A stretch of 64,000 nt of DNA. It comes from Bacteroidota bacterium (lineage in GTDB: Bacteria > Bacteroidota > Bacteroidia > AKYH767-A > 2013-40CM-41-45). The notes under the pieces were generated by a model that did no database searches, had not been told where the DNA came from, and saw only the letters and a list, made by a program, of their open reading frames with translations. How positions within the stretch are numbered: position 1 is the first letter of the stretch; every line of letters starts with the position of its first letter. A program made the position numbers and the translations under genes. Where the stretch lies: the NCBI GenBank assembly GCA_046052345.1, contig JBJOMN010000054.1:3663-67662 (forward strand), read 5' to 3'. This document shows, piece after piece, positions 18,082-27,923 of the stretch.

Positions 18082-18836
18082 TTCAGATACTGGAAGAAAG
18101 TGTCGCTGCGAAGTCCGAGTCGCAAGGATTCCACGGCGATGACTTCGTTAGGGGCGATATTACCCAGATTGACGTTGGCGCCGAGGAGCTTGATGAAATA
18201 GGTCTGTCCGCTTTTGTTCGGTGCTTCCCAGATCAGCTTTTCCGGCGGTATCTTGGCGATGATCTTGTTGATCAATACGACGTGCGCCTTGCCGCTGGGC
18301 CTGAAGATACCTACGGTGCCGCTTTCGCGCCCCTCTGCGATGACTTTCCACGCACCGGCCTGAAGTTCGCTCTCAATGAGTTCGATCCACTTGTTCGGAT
18401 GGATGATGATGCCTTCTTCTTTCGAGCCTACTTCCGTCAGAACGGTCGCATGCTTGCTCAGTTTCCGGATGTATTGCAGTTTCTCCTCGTGGTTGAGGGA
18501 GATGCTTCCGTCGGAAACCTCGGCGTAACTCAGCTTGTACTTCTCAAGCAGTCGCAGGTAATCGTCGAACCGCTTACGGATGATGAATGCCTCCAGCAGC
18601 GTTCCTCCAAGGTAAACGGGAATGCCGGCGGAACGGTATACATCCAGCTTCTTTTCGAGGTTCGGAGTGATCATGGAACTGCCGAATCCCAGCTTTACCA
18701 GATCGACGTATGGCCCTGCCGCCTCTACCATGTCCTCGGCCTGGCGGACGCCCAGGCCTTTGTCCATCACCATGGTGACCCCGGATTGCCTGGGCTTGGC
18801 TGGTCGTGAAGGGATCTTGTCGAGTGTGAAGTTCAT
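18078..18836 (-). CDS. comA: (2R)-phospho-3-sulfolactate synthase-like (ComA family)
   Basis: 252 aa. GVTMVMDKGLG.. and overall ComA TIM-barrel signatures. Confidence 0.7.
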   Translation of the reverse strand: MNFTLDKIPSRPAKPRQSGVTMVMDKGLGVRQAEDMVEAAGPYVDLVKLGFGSSMITPNLEKKLDVYRSAGIPVYLGGTLLEAFIIRKRFDDYLRLLEKYKLSYAEVSDGSISLNHEEKLQYIRKLSKHATVLTEVGSKEEGIIIHPNKWIELIESELQAGAWKVIAEGRESGTVGIFRPSGKAHVVLINKIIAKIPPEKLIWEAPNKSGQTYFIKLLGANVNLGNIAPNEVIAVESLRLGLRSDTFFQYLK

Positions 18837-20341
18837 AGGCGGTTCTTGTATTGCTCGATGATATCGAGGATGTTGCGGTCGCTTTCAAGCGAAGGAGAAT
18901 ATTCGAAAAGAGTACGTACCAGCGTTGCGTCCTTGTCAAGGGCCTTCTCCAAGGTCAGATAGGATTCCCTGATCAGTCCGGTAGTATACTGGTAGAAGGC
19001 AAGCCGGTAAAGCAGCTCGGCGTCATCCGGATGGTGGACGAGGCCGGTTTCGATAAGGCGGATGGCTTCCTCGGGTCGGTCATCTACCATCAGCAGGTGG
19101 GAATATTCAAGCCAGATTTCCTTGTTGCCGGCCTCGAGTTCTATGACTTTCTTGTATGCGGTTTCCGCGGCAGTGTAATTGTCCAGGTGGTATTCTGCAT
19201 CACCGATTGCAAACCAGGCTTCCGGACTTTCAGGTTCCAGTTCGAGCGCTTTCCGGAGGTAATGCAGCGCCTCGAACCAACGCTCCTCGTTCTGAAGCGT
19301 TATGCCGATGCCCAGCCACGCTTCGACCAGCGTATGGTCGAGTTTTGTGGCACGCTTGTAGTAGTCGCGGGCACGGTGCATGTCGTTGAGCTGTTCGTAG
19401 CACTCCCCGATGTTGTAATAGGTCAGTGCATCCGGTGCTTCGAATTCAAAGGTCTTCTTGTAGCATTCGATCGCTTCCGCGTGCCTGGAAAGGTTAGCCA
19501 GCGTAATTCCTTTGTTGAAATAGGCGGCGGCGAAGTCATCCTTGATGACCAGGCAGTAATCGTAGGCTGCGATGGCCTCTTCGAAGCGGTCCACATGGTT
19601 CAGGACGTTGCCGAGATTGTACCACGCCGAATGATTGTACGGATGAAGGTCGATAAAGCTGCGGTAGTATGCGATGCTGTCCGTGTATCGCCCTGAGTAT
19701 TCGAAGCAGAAGGCCAGTTCGTACATGGCCAGTTCGTTTTCGGGATCGCTCTCCAGGCACTTCTTCAGGTTTACGATCGCCTTGTCATAGTCGCCCCACG
19801 ACTCGTATACGTAGGCGAGGTTCAGGTAGAGCAGGTCCGGTTCGTCCGCCAGCGGGATCGCCTTGTTGAAGGATTCCACGGCCTCTTCGTAGCGCTGCTG
19901 GTGCGAATAGATGCTGCCACGTATCATGTAGATGTCCGCCTCGGTGGGCATCAGCAATTCCGCCTTTTCAAGGATCTCCAGTGCCTCTTCGTTCCGTTCC
20001 ACCATCGATAACAGCTGCGCCTCGCGGAGCAGGAATTCTACGGATCCGGGATGTTGGGCCTGGGCATACTCGACCACCTCCAACGCCTTCACAGGGTCGT
20101 TCTTTTCGATATAATTGTCGATGATATTCAGGAAGGCATCTACATCGAAGAAATATGCATCCTTTTTACGGATCATTTCTTCGTAGCGCTGCACCGACTC
20201 CCGGGCCTCTTTGTCGTCGTCTTTCGAACCGTTGAATGCCTCTTCCATCTGACGGGACCGGAAGCGTGGACGCATACCGGTTCCCTCAAAATTACAAAAT
20301 CCGTCCCATTCCGGCATCCCCCCGGGGCTTTTTATCCACAT
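18833..20341 (-). CDS. TPR-repeat protein
   Basis: Multiple 34-aa TPR units (AWYNLGNVL.., AYFNKGITL.., YYNIGECY.., AWLGIGITL..). The real start may be the internal ATG at 20275 (MRPRF...). Confidence 0.7.
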   Translation of the reverse strand: MWIKSPGGMPEWDGFCNFEGTGMRPRFRSRQMEEAFNGSKDDDKEARESVQRYEEMIRKKDAYFFDVDAFLNIIDNYIEKNDPVKALEVVEYAQAQHPGSVEFLLREAQLLSMVERNEEALEILEKAELLMPTEADIYMIRGSIYSHQQRYEEAVESFNKAIPLADEPDLLYLNLAYVYESWGDYDKAIVNLKKCLESDPENELAMYELAFCFEYSGRYTDSIAYYRSFIDLHPYNHSAWYNLGNVLNHVDRFEEAIAAYDYCLVIKDDFAAAYFNKGITLANLSRHAEAIECYKKTFEFEAPDALTYYNIGECYEQLNDMHRARDYYKRATKLDHTLVEAWLGIGITLQNEERWFEALHYLRKALELEPESPEAWFAIGDAEYHLDNYTAAETAYKKVIELEAGNKEIWLEYSHLLMVDDRPEEAIRLIETGLVHHPDDAELLYRLAFYQYTTGLIRESYLTLEKALDKDATLVRTLFEYSPSLESDRNILDIIEQYKNRL

Positions 20342-20409
20342 GAATGCGAATCAACCCTGTTTGCCTTGCCGGGTGCGGGATGCACAAGTTCCTTCGTATC
20401 TTTGAAGGG

Positions 20410-21549
20410 ATGCACTTGCAGCGGTTGACACTCTTTAATTTCAAGAATTACAATCAGGCGGACCTGGACTTGGACGCTTCCTGCAATGCTTTTACCGGCG
20501 ACAACGGGGAGGGGAAGACGAATCTTCTGGACGCCATCCACTATCTGGCTCTGTGCAAGAGTTATTTCCATCCAATCGACAGCCAGAATATCCTGCACGA
20601 GCAGGAGGCGGGAATGGTGCAGGGTGTAATTCGGAAGGACGGGAAAGAGGACACCTACTCCTGCGCCCTTCGTCGTCATCAGAAGAAGATCTTCAGGCGT
20701 AATTCAAAGGAATACGACAGGCTGACTGAACATATCGGGACCGTTCCGGTCGTCATGATAGCGCCTACCGATACCCAATTGATCACGGAGGGCAGCGAGG
20801 AGCGTCGGCGTTTCCTGGACGGCATCATTTCCCAATTCGATCGCCGTTATCTCGACGACCTGGTGAATTACAACCGTATCGTCTCCCAGCGTAACGCGCT
20901 ACTCAAGCAAGCCGCCTCCTCGGGCCGAATGGACCGGGAGACCATGGAAGTCCTTGATGACCAGCTGGTACCTTATGGCGTTCGAATACACGAGGCGCGT
21001 CGTCGTTTTATCGGGGATTTCGTCCCGGTTTTCGGCGGCTTTTACTCCTTCATTTCCGCCGGAAAGGAGCCGGTCACCGTGGAATACTCCTCCCACCTTT
21101 CAGCCGGTGATTTCCGGGAAACGCTCGCACGATCCTTCGATCGGGACCGCTCGGCGACCTATACCACTGTCGGCATCCACAAGGATGACCTTGATTTCTT
21201 GATTGACGGACGTCCGGTCAGACGGTTCGCATCACAGGGACAACAGAAATCGTTCGTGATTTCCCTCAAGCTTGCACAGTTCGACCTGATGCGAGACCGT
21301 TCCGGCGCCAAGCCGATCCTCCTGCTGGATGACATCTTCGACAAGCTGGACGATAAACGTGTGGCCCGCCTGATGAAACTGGTGAGCGAGGATCATTTCG
21401 GACAGCTTTTCATTACCGATACGCATCCCCGGCGCATATTGGATATTTTCCAAAGTATCGGCCGCCGCATACGGTGTTTCTCCGTGTCCAACGGCAGCGT
21501 GCTTCCTGCAGAACCGTTCATTCAGGGAGAGGAGGTCCATCATGCGTAA
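20410..21549 (+). CDS. recF: DNA replication and repair protein RecF
   Basis: MHLQRLTLFNFKNY..NAFTGDNGEGKTNLLDAI (Walker A). Start is moved to the ATG at 20410; the track ORF starts upstream. Confidence 0.9.
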   Translation: MHLQRLTLFNFKNYNQADLDLDASCNAFTGDNGEGKTNLLDAIHYLALCKSYFHPIDSQNILHEQEAGMVQGVIRKDGKEDTYSCALRRHQKKIFRRNSKEYDRLTEHIGTVPVVMIAPTDTQLITEGSEERRRFLDGIISQFDRRYLDDLVNYNRIVSQRNALLKQAASSGRMDRETMEVLDDQLVPYGVRIHEARRRFIGDFVPVFGGFYSFISAGKEPVTVEYSSHLSAGDFRETLARSFDRDRSATYTTVGIHKDDLDFLIDGRPVRRFASQGQQKSFVISLKLAQFDLMRDRSGAKPILLLDDIFDKLDDKRVARLMKLVSEDHFGQLFITDTHPRRILDIFQSIGRRIRCFSVSNGSVLPAEPFIQGEEVHHA

Positions 21550-21832
21550 AGCTACGGACCAGACATTCGGGCAGGCTTTCAAGGATTGGCTGAAATCCTC
21601 GGATATGGATGAAAAATTCCGAACAACCGGTATTCTGGAAGCATGGCCGCGACTTATGGGCCCTATGATCGCCAAGCATACGGTCTCTGTGCGCATAAAC
21701 AACGGCGTCCTGCATCTGGTCGTTGATTCTGCGCCCCTGCGACAGGAGCTGCTTCAGTCGCGAGAAAGCATCCTCCGCATGCTCAACGAGGAAGCGGGAG
21801 CGGAAGTGGTGAAGGAGATCGTCTTCCGCTGA
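21542..21832 (+). CDS. DUF721-family protein (RecF-associated)
   Basis: 96 aa. Overlaps the recF end by 8 nt, which is the conserved position downstream of recF in Bacteroidota. Confidence 0.65.
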   Translation: MRKATDQTFGQAFKDWLKSSDMDEKFRTTGILEAWPRLMGPMIAKHTVSVRINNGVLHLVVDSAPLRQELLQSRESILRMLNEEAGAEVVKEIVFR

Positions 21833-21842
21833 TGGCGATCAT

Positions 21843-21889
21843 CAAAAAAAACGACGGCCGGCAAGATGTATGATCTTTTCCGGCCGTCG
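21843..21889 (-). terminator. intrinsic terminator of ndk, possibly bidirectional
   Basis: Minus strand reads ACGACGGCCGG-loop-CCGGCCGTCGT followed by TTTTTTTT. Confidence 0.6.
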
Positions 21890-21908
21890 TGCTTCTGTAC
21901 GGATGCAA

Positions 21909-22325
21909 TCAGGGACGCTCGAGCATCGAGAAGAAGAAATTGCCTTCGATGGCCGCATTCGCATCGCTGTCGCTGCCGTGTACCGCATTCGCCTCGATGG
22001 ATTTGGCGAATAGGTTACGGATCGTGCCGGGCTCGGCTTTTGCCGGGTCTGTCGCACCGATGAGCTTACGGAAAGATTCGACTGCGTTGTCTTTTTCCAG
22101 GATGGCGGCTACGATCGGTCCCGAGGACATATAGCTGACCAGGTCCTTGTAGAAGGGACGCTCCTTGTGGATGGCATAGAATTCTCCGGCCATTTCGGGA
22201 GAAAGGCGCGTGTATTTCATGGCTACGATACGGAAGCCGGCTTCATTGATCTTGGCAAGGATCGGCCCGATGTGGTTGTTCGCCACCGCATCCGGCTTGA
22301 TCATGGTAAAGGTTCTGTTGGACAT
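21909..22325 (-). CDS. ndk: nucleoside-diphosphate kinase
   Basis: [15 protein letters not shown] motifs. 138 aa. Confidence 0.95.
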   Translation of the reverse strand: MSNRTFTMIKPDAVANNHIGPILAKINEAGFRIVAMKYTRLSPEMAGEFYAIHKERPFYKDLVSYMSSGPIVAAILEKDNAVESFRKLIGATDPAKAEPGTIRNLFAKSIEANAVHGSDSDANAAIEGNFFFSMLERP

Positions 22326-22376
22326 ATTAGTTGTTTGATGGATGTTATATTAAAGGATGCTTCTACGAGACAGGGA

Positions 22377-23777
22377 TCAGAGGGATTTTATTTCAGTCAC
22401 CAGTTTGGTCAGGGCGTCTTTAGCATCCCCGAACAGCATGCTTGTCTTCTGATTGTAGAAGAGTTCGTTCTCGATCCCTGCATAACCCGCATTCATGCTT
22501 CTCTTGTTGACGATGATATGGTGCGCGTTCTCGACGTCAAGGATAGGCATGCCGTAAATGGGGGAGGAGGGATCCGTCTTAGCGGCCGGATTCACCACGT
22601 CGTTCGCACCTACGACCAGTACCACGTCTGTGGAGGAGAATTCGGGATTCACTTCCTCCATCTCGGCGAGTTTACCGTAGTCGACGTTGCTCTCCGCCAG
22701 CAATACGTTCATGTGTCCGGGCATCCGACCGGCTACCGGATGGATGGCATATTTCACCTGAACACCGCGGTCTTCCAAAAGGCTTTCCAGCTCATGGATC
22801 ACGTGTTGTGCCTGTGCTACCGCCAGACCGTAGCCGGGCACGATGATGACTTTCTTGGAGTAGTTCATCAGAACGGCTGCATCTGAAATGGTGATGTCCT
22901 TGATGCTGCCTTTCACGCTGCTGCCGCTGCCTGCGGCACCGGATTCGCCGAAGGCTCCGAAGATGACGTTGAACAAAGGCCTGTTCATCGCTTTGCACAT
23001 GGCGACAGTGAGGAGCGTGCCGGCAGAGCCAACGAGGATACCGCCGGTCAGCATGACCTGATTATCGTACAGGAATCCCCCGAAGGCGGCCGCCAATCCG
23101 GTGAAGGAGTTGAGCAGGGAAATGACCACCGGCATATCCGCGCCGCCGATGGGTACCACGAAGAGTACGCCGTACACCAGCGCAAGCGCGAATGCCGCCA
23201 GCACCCAGCCGAACGATTCCGTATGACTGGCGGTGATCATGACAGCTGCAGCCACGTTGGCCAGCAAGAGCACCGTGTTGATGATGTTGTAATTAGGCAG
23301 ACGAAGCGATTTCTTCAGGGTGCCGTTCAGCTTCATGAAGGCGATGATGGAGCCGGAGAAGGAGACACTGCCGATGATCATGCCGGCCATGATGATGCCG
23401 ATGCGGGCGGGATTATGGACGTTATGTTCGAACTCAAGCAGGGAAATGAGTGCCGCGCAGGCACCGCCCATGCCGTTGAAGAGGGATACCAATTCAGGCA
23501 TCGCGGTCATCTTCACCCGCTTGGCGGTCATCCAACCGACCACCGTTCCGAGTCCGAGTCCTGCGAAAATCACCGCCAGCTTCACGGTCTCGCGGGAAGT
23601 ATGACCGTTAGGGTCTTCGTACAGGAAAATGGTGCCGATGATTGCGACAGTCATGCCGAAGGCAGCCACCAGGTTGCCGCGTCGTGCCGTCTGCGGTCCG
23701 CTCAGCATTTTCAGTCCGATCACGAAAGTGACGGAGCCGATCAGGTAAAGGATGTCGAGAATATATTTCTGGGTCAT
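22377..23777 (-). CDS. pntB: NAD(P) transhydrogenase subunit beta
   Basis: Multi-TM N-terminus and a C-terminal dIII domain (GYGLAVAQAQH..HPVAGRMPGHMNVLLAE). Confidence 0.9.
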   Translation of the reverse strand: MTQKYILDILYLIGSVTFVIGLKMLSGPQTARRGNLVAAFGMTVAIIGTIFLYEDPNGHTSRETVKLAVIFAGLGLGTVVGWMTAKRVKMTAMPELVSLFNGMGGACAALISLLEFEHNVHNPARIGIIMAGMIIGSVSFSGSIIAFMKLNGTLKKSLRLPNYNIINTVLLLANVAAAVMITASHTESFGWVLAAFALALVYGVLFVVPIGGADMPVVISLLNSFTGLAAAFGGFLYDNQVMLTGGILVGSAGTLLTVAMCKAMNRPLFNVIFGAFGESGAAGSGSSVKGSIKDITISDAAVLMNYSKKVIIVPGYGLAVAQAQHVIHELESLLEDRGVQVKYAIHPVAGRMPGHMNVLLAESNVDYGKLAEMEEVNPEFSSTDVVLVVGANDVVNPAAKTDPSSPIYGMPILDVENAHHIIVNKRSMNAGYAGIENELFYNQKTSMLFGDAKDALTKLVTEIKSL

Positions 23778-23802
23778 TGGTTGGAGTCGGTTGGGATTTT
23801 TT

Positions 23803-24123
23803 TCACTTCCTGTCGGCCGGTTTCTTCTTGAACATCTCCAGCATACGGTCTGTCACCACGAATCCGCCGACGACGTTCAGTGTGCCGAGCACGACTGCAA
23901 CGAAACCGAGCGAGAGCAGGAGGGCGTTGTCCGCCTCCGTGTTGAGCATCACGATGATGGAGCCGACGATGACTACGCCGTGAATGGCATTGGCGCCGGA
24001 CATCAGCGGAGTATGCAAGACGGAAGGCACTTTCCCGATCACTTCCACGCCGACGAAGACGGACAGGATCAGGATGTAGATCATCTCGATGTTTTCACCG
24101 ATGAATGAAAGCAGGTTGGTCAT
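23803..24123 (-). CDS. pntA: NAD(P) transhydrogenase subunit alpha, part 2 (membrane)
   Basis: 106-aa, 3-TM protein between the alpha-1 and beta subunits. Confidence 0.8.
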   Translation of the reverse strand: MTNLLSFIGENIEMIYILILSVFVGVEVIGKVPSVLHTPLMSGANAIHGVVIVGSIIVMLNTEADNALLLSLGFVAVVLGTLNVVGGFVVTDRMLEMFKKKPADRK

Positions 24124-24164
24124 TGTGTTTTTTTATGGACCGGCGAGCCGGTGTAGGGGTTGAT

Positions 24165-25295
24165 TCAGGCATTTACGGGCTTCATCACACTCGGATGGAC
24201 CGGACGTCCTTCGTGGACGATAAGAGAGCCCTTCGTGATCTCTTCGTCCATTTCCCACTTGAATCCGTCCTTGGAGGAAAGATGGGTAAGAAGCGTGGCG
24301 ATATTACGTGCATAAAGGTCACTGGCGTTCAGCGGCAGCAGGGAAGGGAGGTTGGATTCGCCGATGATGGTTACACCGTTTTTTACGACCGTCTTGTTCA
24401 GCTCGCTCATGGTGCAGTTGCCGCCTTGTTCCACGGCCATGTCCACGATGACGCTGCCGAGACGCATGCTTTTAACCATCTCGTCGGTGACTAGTACCGG
24501 AGCCTTCTTGCCGGGGATCAGCGCAGTGGTGATAACGAGGTCGGCTTCGGAGATATGCTTGGCGATGAGCGCCTGTTGTTTCTTCAGGAATTCCTCGGAA
24601 ACACCTTTCACATATCCTCCTTCGACTTTGATGGATGCGTCTCCTTGCACTTCAATGAATTTTCCGCCCAGCGATTCCACCTGTTCCTTGGTTTCGGGCC
24701 GGATGTCGCTCACTTCCACGACAGCGCCGAGACGTTTCGCTGTAGCGATCGCCTGCAGTCCGGCAACGCCTGCCCCCATGATGACGACCTTGGAGGGCTT
24801 GATGGTGCCTGCTGCAGTCATCAGTAACGGGAAGATCTTACCGAGAGCTGCCGCTCCGAGAATGACTGCCTTGTATCCGGCCAGATTGGCCTGGGAGCTG
24901 AGGGCGTCCATCTTCTGGGCACGGGAAATGCGCGGAACAGCATCCATCGAGAAGGCGGTGATTTCCTGACGCTGACAGGCTTCCACCAGCACAGGATTGG
25001 TGGCGGCATACAGGAAGGAGATCAGCACAGTGCCTTTTTTCATCCTGGAGACTTCCTGTTCGGAAGGAGCATTCACTTTGAGTACGATGTCCGCACCGGA
25101 AAGCAGCGTACCTGCATCTTCCACGAGGACGGCCCCGGCCTTCGTATACTGTTCGTCTGAACAGTAGGCTGCAAGACCGGCTTCCTTCTCGACATGGACG
25201 GTATAGCCGGCTTTTACCAGCTGTTGGACGACTTCCGGGGTCAGTGCCACACGGCGCTCGCCCGGTTTGGTTTCTTTTGGAACTGCAACAATCAC
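24165..25295 (-). CDS. pntA: NAD(P) transhydrogenase subunit alpha, part 1 (alanine-dehydrogenase-like dI)
   Basis: MIVAVPKETKPGERRVALTP.. and a Rossmann motif (VVIMGAGVAGLQA). Confidence 0.9.
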   Translation of the reverse strand: MIVAVPKETKPGERRVALTPEVVQQLVKAGYTVHVEKEAGLAAYCSDEQYTKAGAVLVEDAGTLLSGADIVLKVNAPSEQEVSRMKKGTVLISFLYAATNPVLVEACQRQEITAFSMDAVPRISRAQKMDALSSQANLAGYKAVILGAAALGKIFPLLMTAAGTIKPSKVVIMGAGVAGLQAIATAKRLGAVVEVSDIRPETKEQVESLGGKFIEVQGDASIKVEGGYVKGVSEEFLKKQQALIAKHISEADLVITTALIPGKKAPVLVTDEMVKSMRLGSVIVDMAVEQGGNCTMSELNKTVVKNGVTIIGESNLPSLLPLNASDLYARNIATLLTHLSSKDGFKWEMDEEITKGSLIVHEGRPVHPSVMKPVNA

Positions 25296-25413
25296 GATCC
25301 GAGGATTTTAGCCGTTAAAAACGGAGCGCAAAGATATCAATTCGCAGGATATTGTGAAAAAACTGCCATTCAGGTTCCAAGCCCGCGTGCCATTTTGGGT
25401 ATATTTGCAACAT

Positions 25414-25731
25414 ATGCTGAAATTGAATCAATCCACATTCGACAAATTGGAGGAATTGCTGATTCTGGCCGGATACAAGGTCCGTACCGAAAAAGGCAAC
25501 TTCAAATCCGGCAGCTGCATCATCGAGCAATCCAAGTTGATTGTCGTGAACAAATATTCCCCGGTTGAGACCAAGGTCACCTTCCTCATGGATGCCATCC
25601 GCGTTCTCGATCTGGATACTTCCCTTTTCGACGAACGTTTCACAAAACTCCTTAGCGACGTCCGGCAGATGGCTCCGATTTCCGAGGAACTGCCCCTGAC
25701 TGAAGTCGTCCCGGCGGAGTCCGCTTCCTGA
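25414..25731 (+). CDS. hypothetical protein (about 106 aa)
   Basis: ORF lies 7 nt upstream of the MBL hydrolase gene. Start is chosen at the internal ATG (MLKLNQSTF). No recognisable family. Confidence 0.35.
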   Translation: MLKLNQSTFDKLEELLILAGYKVRTEKGNFKSGSCIIEQSKLIVVNKYSPVETKVTFLMDAIRVLDLDTSLFDERFTKLLSDVRQMAPISEELPLTEVVPAESAS

Positions 25732-25738
25732 AAAGTTC

Positions 25739-26500
25739 ATGCGCCTCACCTTCCTCGGTACCGGAACGTCCCAGGGAGTTCCAATGATCGGATGCGACTG
25801 CGAAGTCTGCACCTCCGCCGATCCGCGCGATCAGCGGTTGCGTACCGCGGCGATGGTTTCGACCGATAGTACCTGCATCGTCATCGATTCAGGTCCCGAT
25901 TTCCGACAGCAGTTGCTTCGTGAAAAGGTGAAGCGGCTGGATGCGGTAGTATTCACCCACGAACACAAGGACCATATCGCCGGATTGGACGACGTTAGGG
26001 CGTTCAATTTCTTCACCGGGAAACCGATGAAGGTGTTTGCCACCGAGCGCGTGCAGTCGGCACTTCGACGGGAATATGCCTATATCTTCTCCAACGATAC
26101 TTATCCGGGCATTCCGCGTATCGATCTCAACACTATTCACGGCGTTCCTTTCTCCGTCGGAGACCTCACGCTTCAGCCGATAGAAGTGTTGCACCTGAAC
26201 ATGCCGGTCCTCGGTTACCGGATCGGTGACCTTTGCTATATCACCGATGCGAACCGCATTCCGGATTCCTCTGCAGCGCTGATTCACGGCTGCAAAGTCC
26301 TTGTGCTGAATGCGCTCCGGAAGGAAAAGCATGTTTCTCATTTCAACCTCGAGGAGGCATTGGCCCTGGTCAGGGAGTTCAAGCCCGAGCGGGCCTATTT
26401 CACGCATATTTCGCACCAGTTGGGCTTGCATGCAGCGTTGGAAAGAGAGCTGCCCGAGGGTGTCCGGTGCGCCTATGACGGTTTGACCATAACCATCTGA
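25739..26500 (+). CDS. MBL-fold metallo-hydrolase (PhnP-like)
   Basis: VFTHEHKDHIAGLDD (HxHxDH) and downstream His/Asp ligands. 253 aa. Confidence 0.75.
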   Translation: MRLTFLGTGTSQGVPMIGCDCEVCTSADPRDQRLRTAAMVSTDSTCIVIDSGPDFRQQLLREKVKRLDAVVFTHEHKDHIAGLDDVRAFNFFTGKPMKVFATERVQSALRREYAYIFSNDTYPGIPRIDLNTIHGVPFSVGDLTLQPIEVLHLNMPVLGYRIGDLCYITDANRIPDSSAALIHGCKVLVLNALRKEKHVSHFNLEEALALVREFKPERAYFTHISHQLGLHAALERELPEGVRCAYDGLTITI

Positions 26501-26518
26501 TTTTCCGCTTTTTTTTAC

Positions 26519-26526
26519 TAAATTTG
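26519..26526 (+). promoter_or_regulatory. candidate -7 element (TAAATTTG) upstream of ffh
   Basis: Matches the Bacteroidota TAnnTTTG motif 52 nt upstream of the ffh ATG. Confidence 0.3.
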
Positions 26527-26577
26527 CAGTAAACAGACCGATTTTCAGTTGAAATCGGCTGTTTATCGGAAAATACC

Positions 26578-27912
26578 ATGTTCGAAAGTTTAAGTGATAA
26601 GCTGGAGAGGGCTTTTAAAGTCCTTAAAGGGGAAGGTCGCGTTACTGAAATCAATGTAGCGGAGACCTTGAAAGAGGTCCGCAAGGCCCTGCTCGATGCC
26701 GATGTCAATTACAAGGTAGCCAAGCAGTTCACAGATACCGTCAAAGAGAAGGCGTTGGGTCAGAACGTACTGACCGCCGTTTCGCCCGGACAGTTACTCA
26801 TCAAGATCGCCCACGATGAGCTGAAACAGCTCATGGGCGGTGAGAAGGTCGAGGTGAACCTGACCGGTTCACCGACCGTGATCCTCATGTCCGGCCTTCA
26901 GGGTTCAGGTAAGACCACCCTTTCGGGAAAGCTCGCGAACTTTCTCAAGTCGAAGAAGCAAAAGCATCCGCTGCTCGTGGCCTGCGACGTTTACCGGCCT
27001 GCTGCCGCCGACCAGCTGAAAGTATTGGGTGAGCAGATAGACGTTCCGGTCTTTTCGGATCCCGGCAATACGGATCCCGTAGCTATCGCTAAAAAAGGTA
27101 TCGCCTTCGCCAAGGAGAACAACCGCAACGTCGTCATCGTCGATACCGCCGGCCGCCTCGCCGTAGACGAACAGATGATGGACGAGATCGAAGCGTTGAA
27201 GAAGGCCATCAGCCCGCAGGAGATCCTTTTCGTCGTGGATTCCATGACGGGACAGGATGCAGTGAATACAGCAAAGGCTTTCAACGACCGCCTTGATTTC
27301 GACGGGGTCGTCCTCACCAAGCTGGACGGTGATACACGCGGCGGTGCCGCACTTTCGATTAAATCCGTCGTCAACAAACCGATCAAGTTCGTCGGTACCG
27401 GCGAGAAACCGGATGCGCTGGACATCTTCTATCCGGAGCGGATGGCCGACCGGATCCTCGGTATGGGCGACATCGTCTCCCTGGTCGAAAAGGCACAAGA
27501 GCAGTTTGACGAAGCCGAAGCCGCCCGGTTGCAGAAGAAAATCGCCAAGAACCAGTTCAATCTGGAGGATTTCTACGGACAATTGCAGCAGATCAAGAAG
27601 ATGGGTAACATGAAGGACCTGCTGGGAATGATACCCGGAGTCGGCAAGGCGATCCGCGATGTGGACATCAGCAACGACTCCTTCAAACAGATAGAGGCCA
27701 TCATCCAGTCAATGACCCTTGAGGAACGCCAACAGCCCGGCATCCTTTCGGGCAGCCGGAGAACCAGGATTGCGAAGGGAAGCGGCACTACCGTGCAGGA
27801 TGTCAACCGACTGCTGAAGCAGTTCGAGGACATGCGGAAGATGATGAAGATGATGTCTAACAAGGACCAGGCTGCCAAACTCATGCGAAACATGCCCGGA
27901 ATGCGGCGTTGA
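26578..27912 (+). CDS. ffh: signal recognition particle protein Ffh
   Basis: N domain, GTPase ([19 protein letters not shown]) and an M domain rich in Met. Confidence 0.95.
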   Translation: MFESLSDKLERAFKVLKGEGRVTEINVAETLKEVRKALLDADVNYKVAKQFTDTVKEKALGQNVLTAVSPGQLLIKIAHDELKQLMGGEKVEVNLTGSPTVILMSGLQGSGKTTLSGKLANFLKSKKQKHPLLVACDVYRPAAADQLKVLGEQIDVPVFSDPGNTDPVAIAKKGIAFAKENNRNVVIVDTAGRLAVDEQMMDEIEALKKAISPQEILFVVDSMTGQDAVNTAKAFNDRLDFDGVVLTKLDGDTRGGAALSIKSVVNKPIKFVGTGEKPDALDIFYPERMADRILGMGDIVSLVEKAQEQFDEAEAARLQKKIAKNQFNLEDFYGQLQQIKKMGNMKDLLGMIPGVGKAIRDVDISNDSFKQIEAIIQSMTLEERQQPGILSGSRRTRIAKGSGTTVQDVNRLLKQFEDMRKMMKMMSNKDQAAKLMRNMPGMRR

Positions 27913-27923
27913 TACAGGACACC

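Noticed and set aside
18851-19696. 281-aa plus-strand ORF
   Set aside because: It is antisense to the TPR-repeat gene, whose 34-residue repeat periodicity is evident. No independent support.
26905-27582. 225-aa minus-strand ORF
   Set aside because: It is antisense to ffh.
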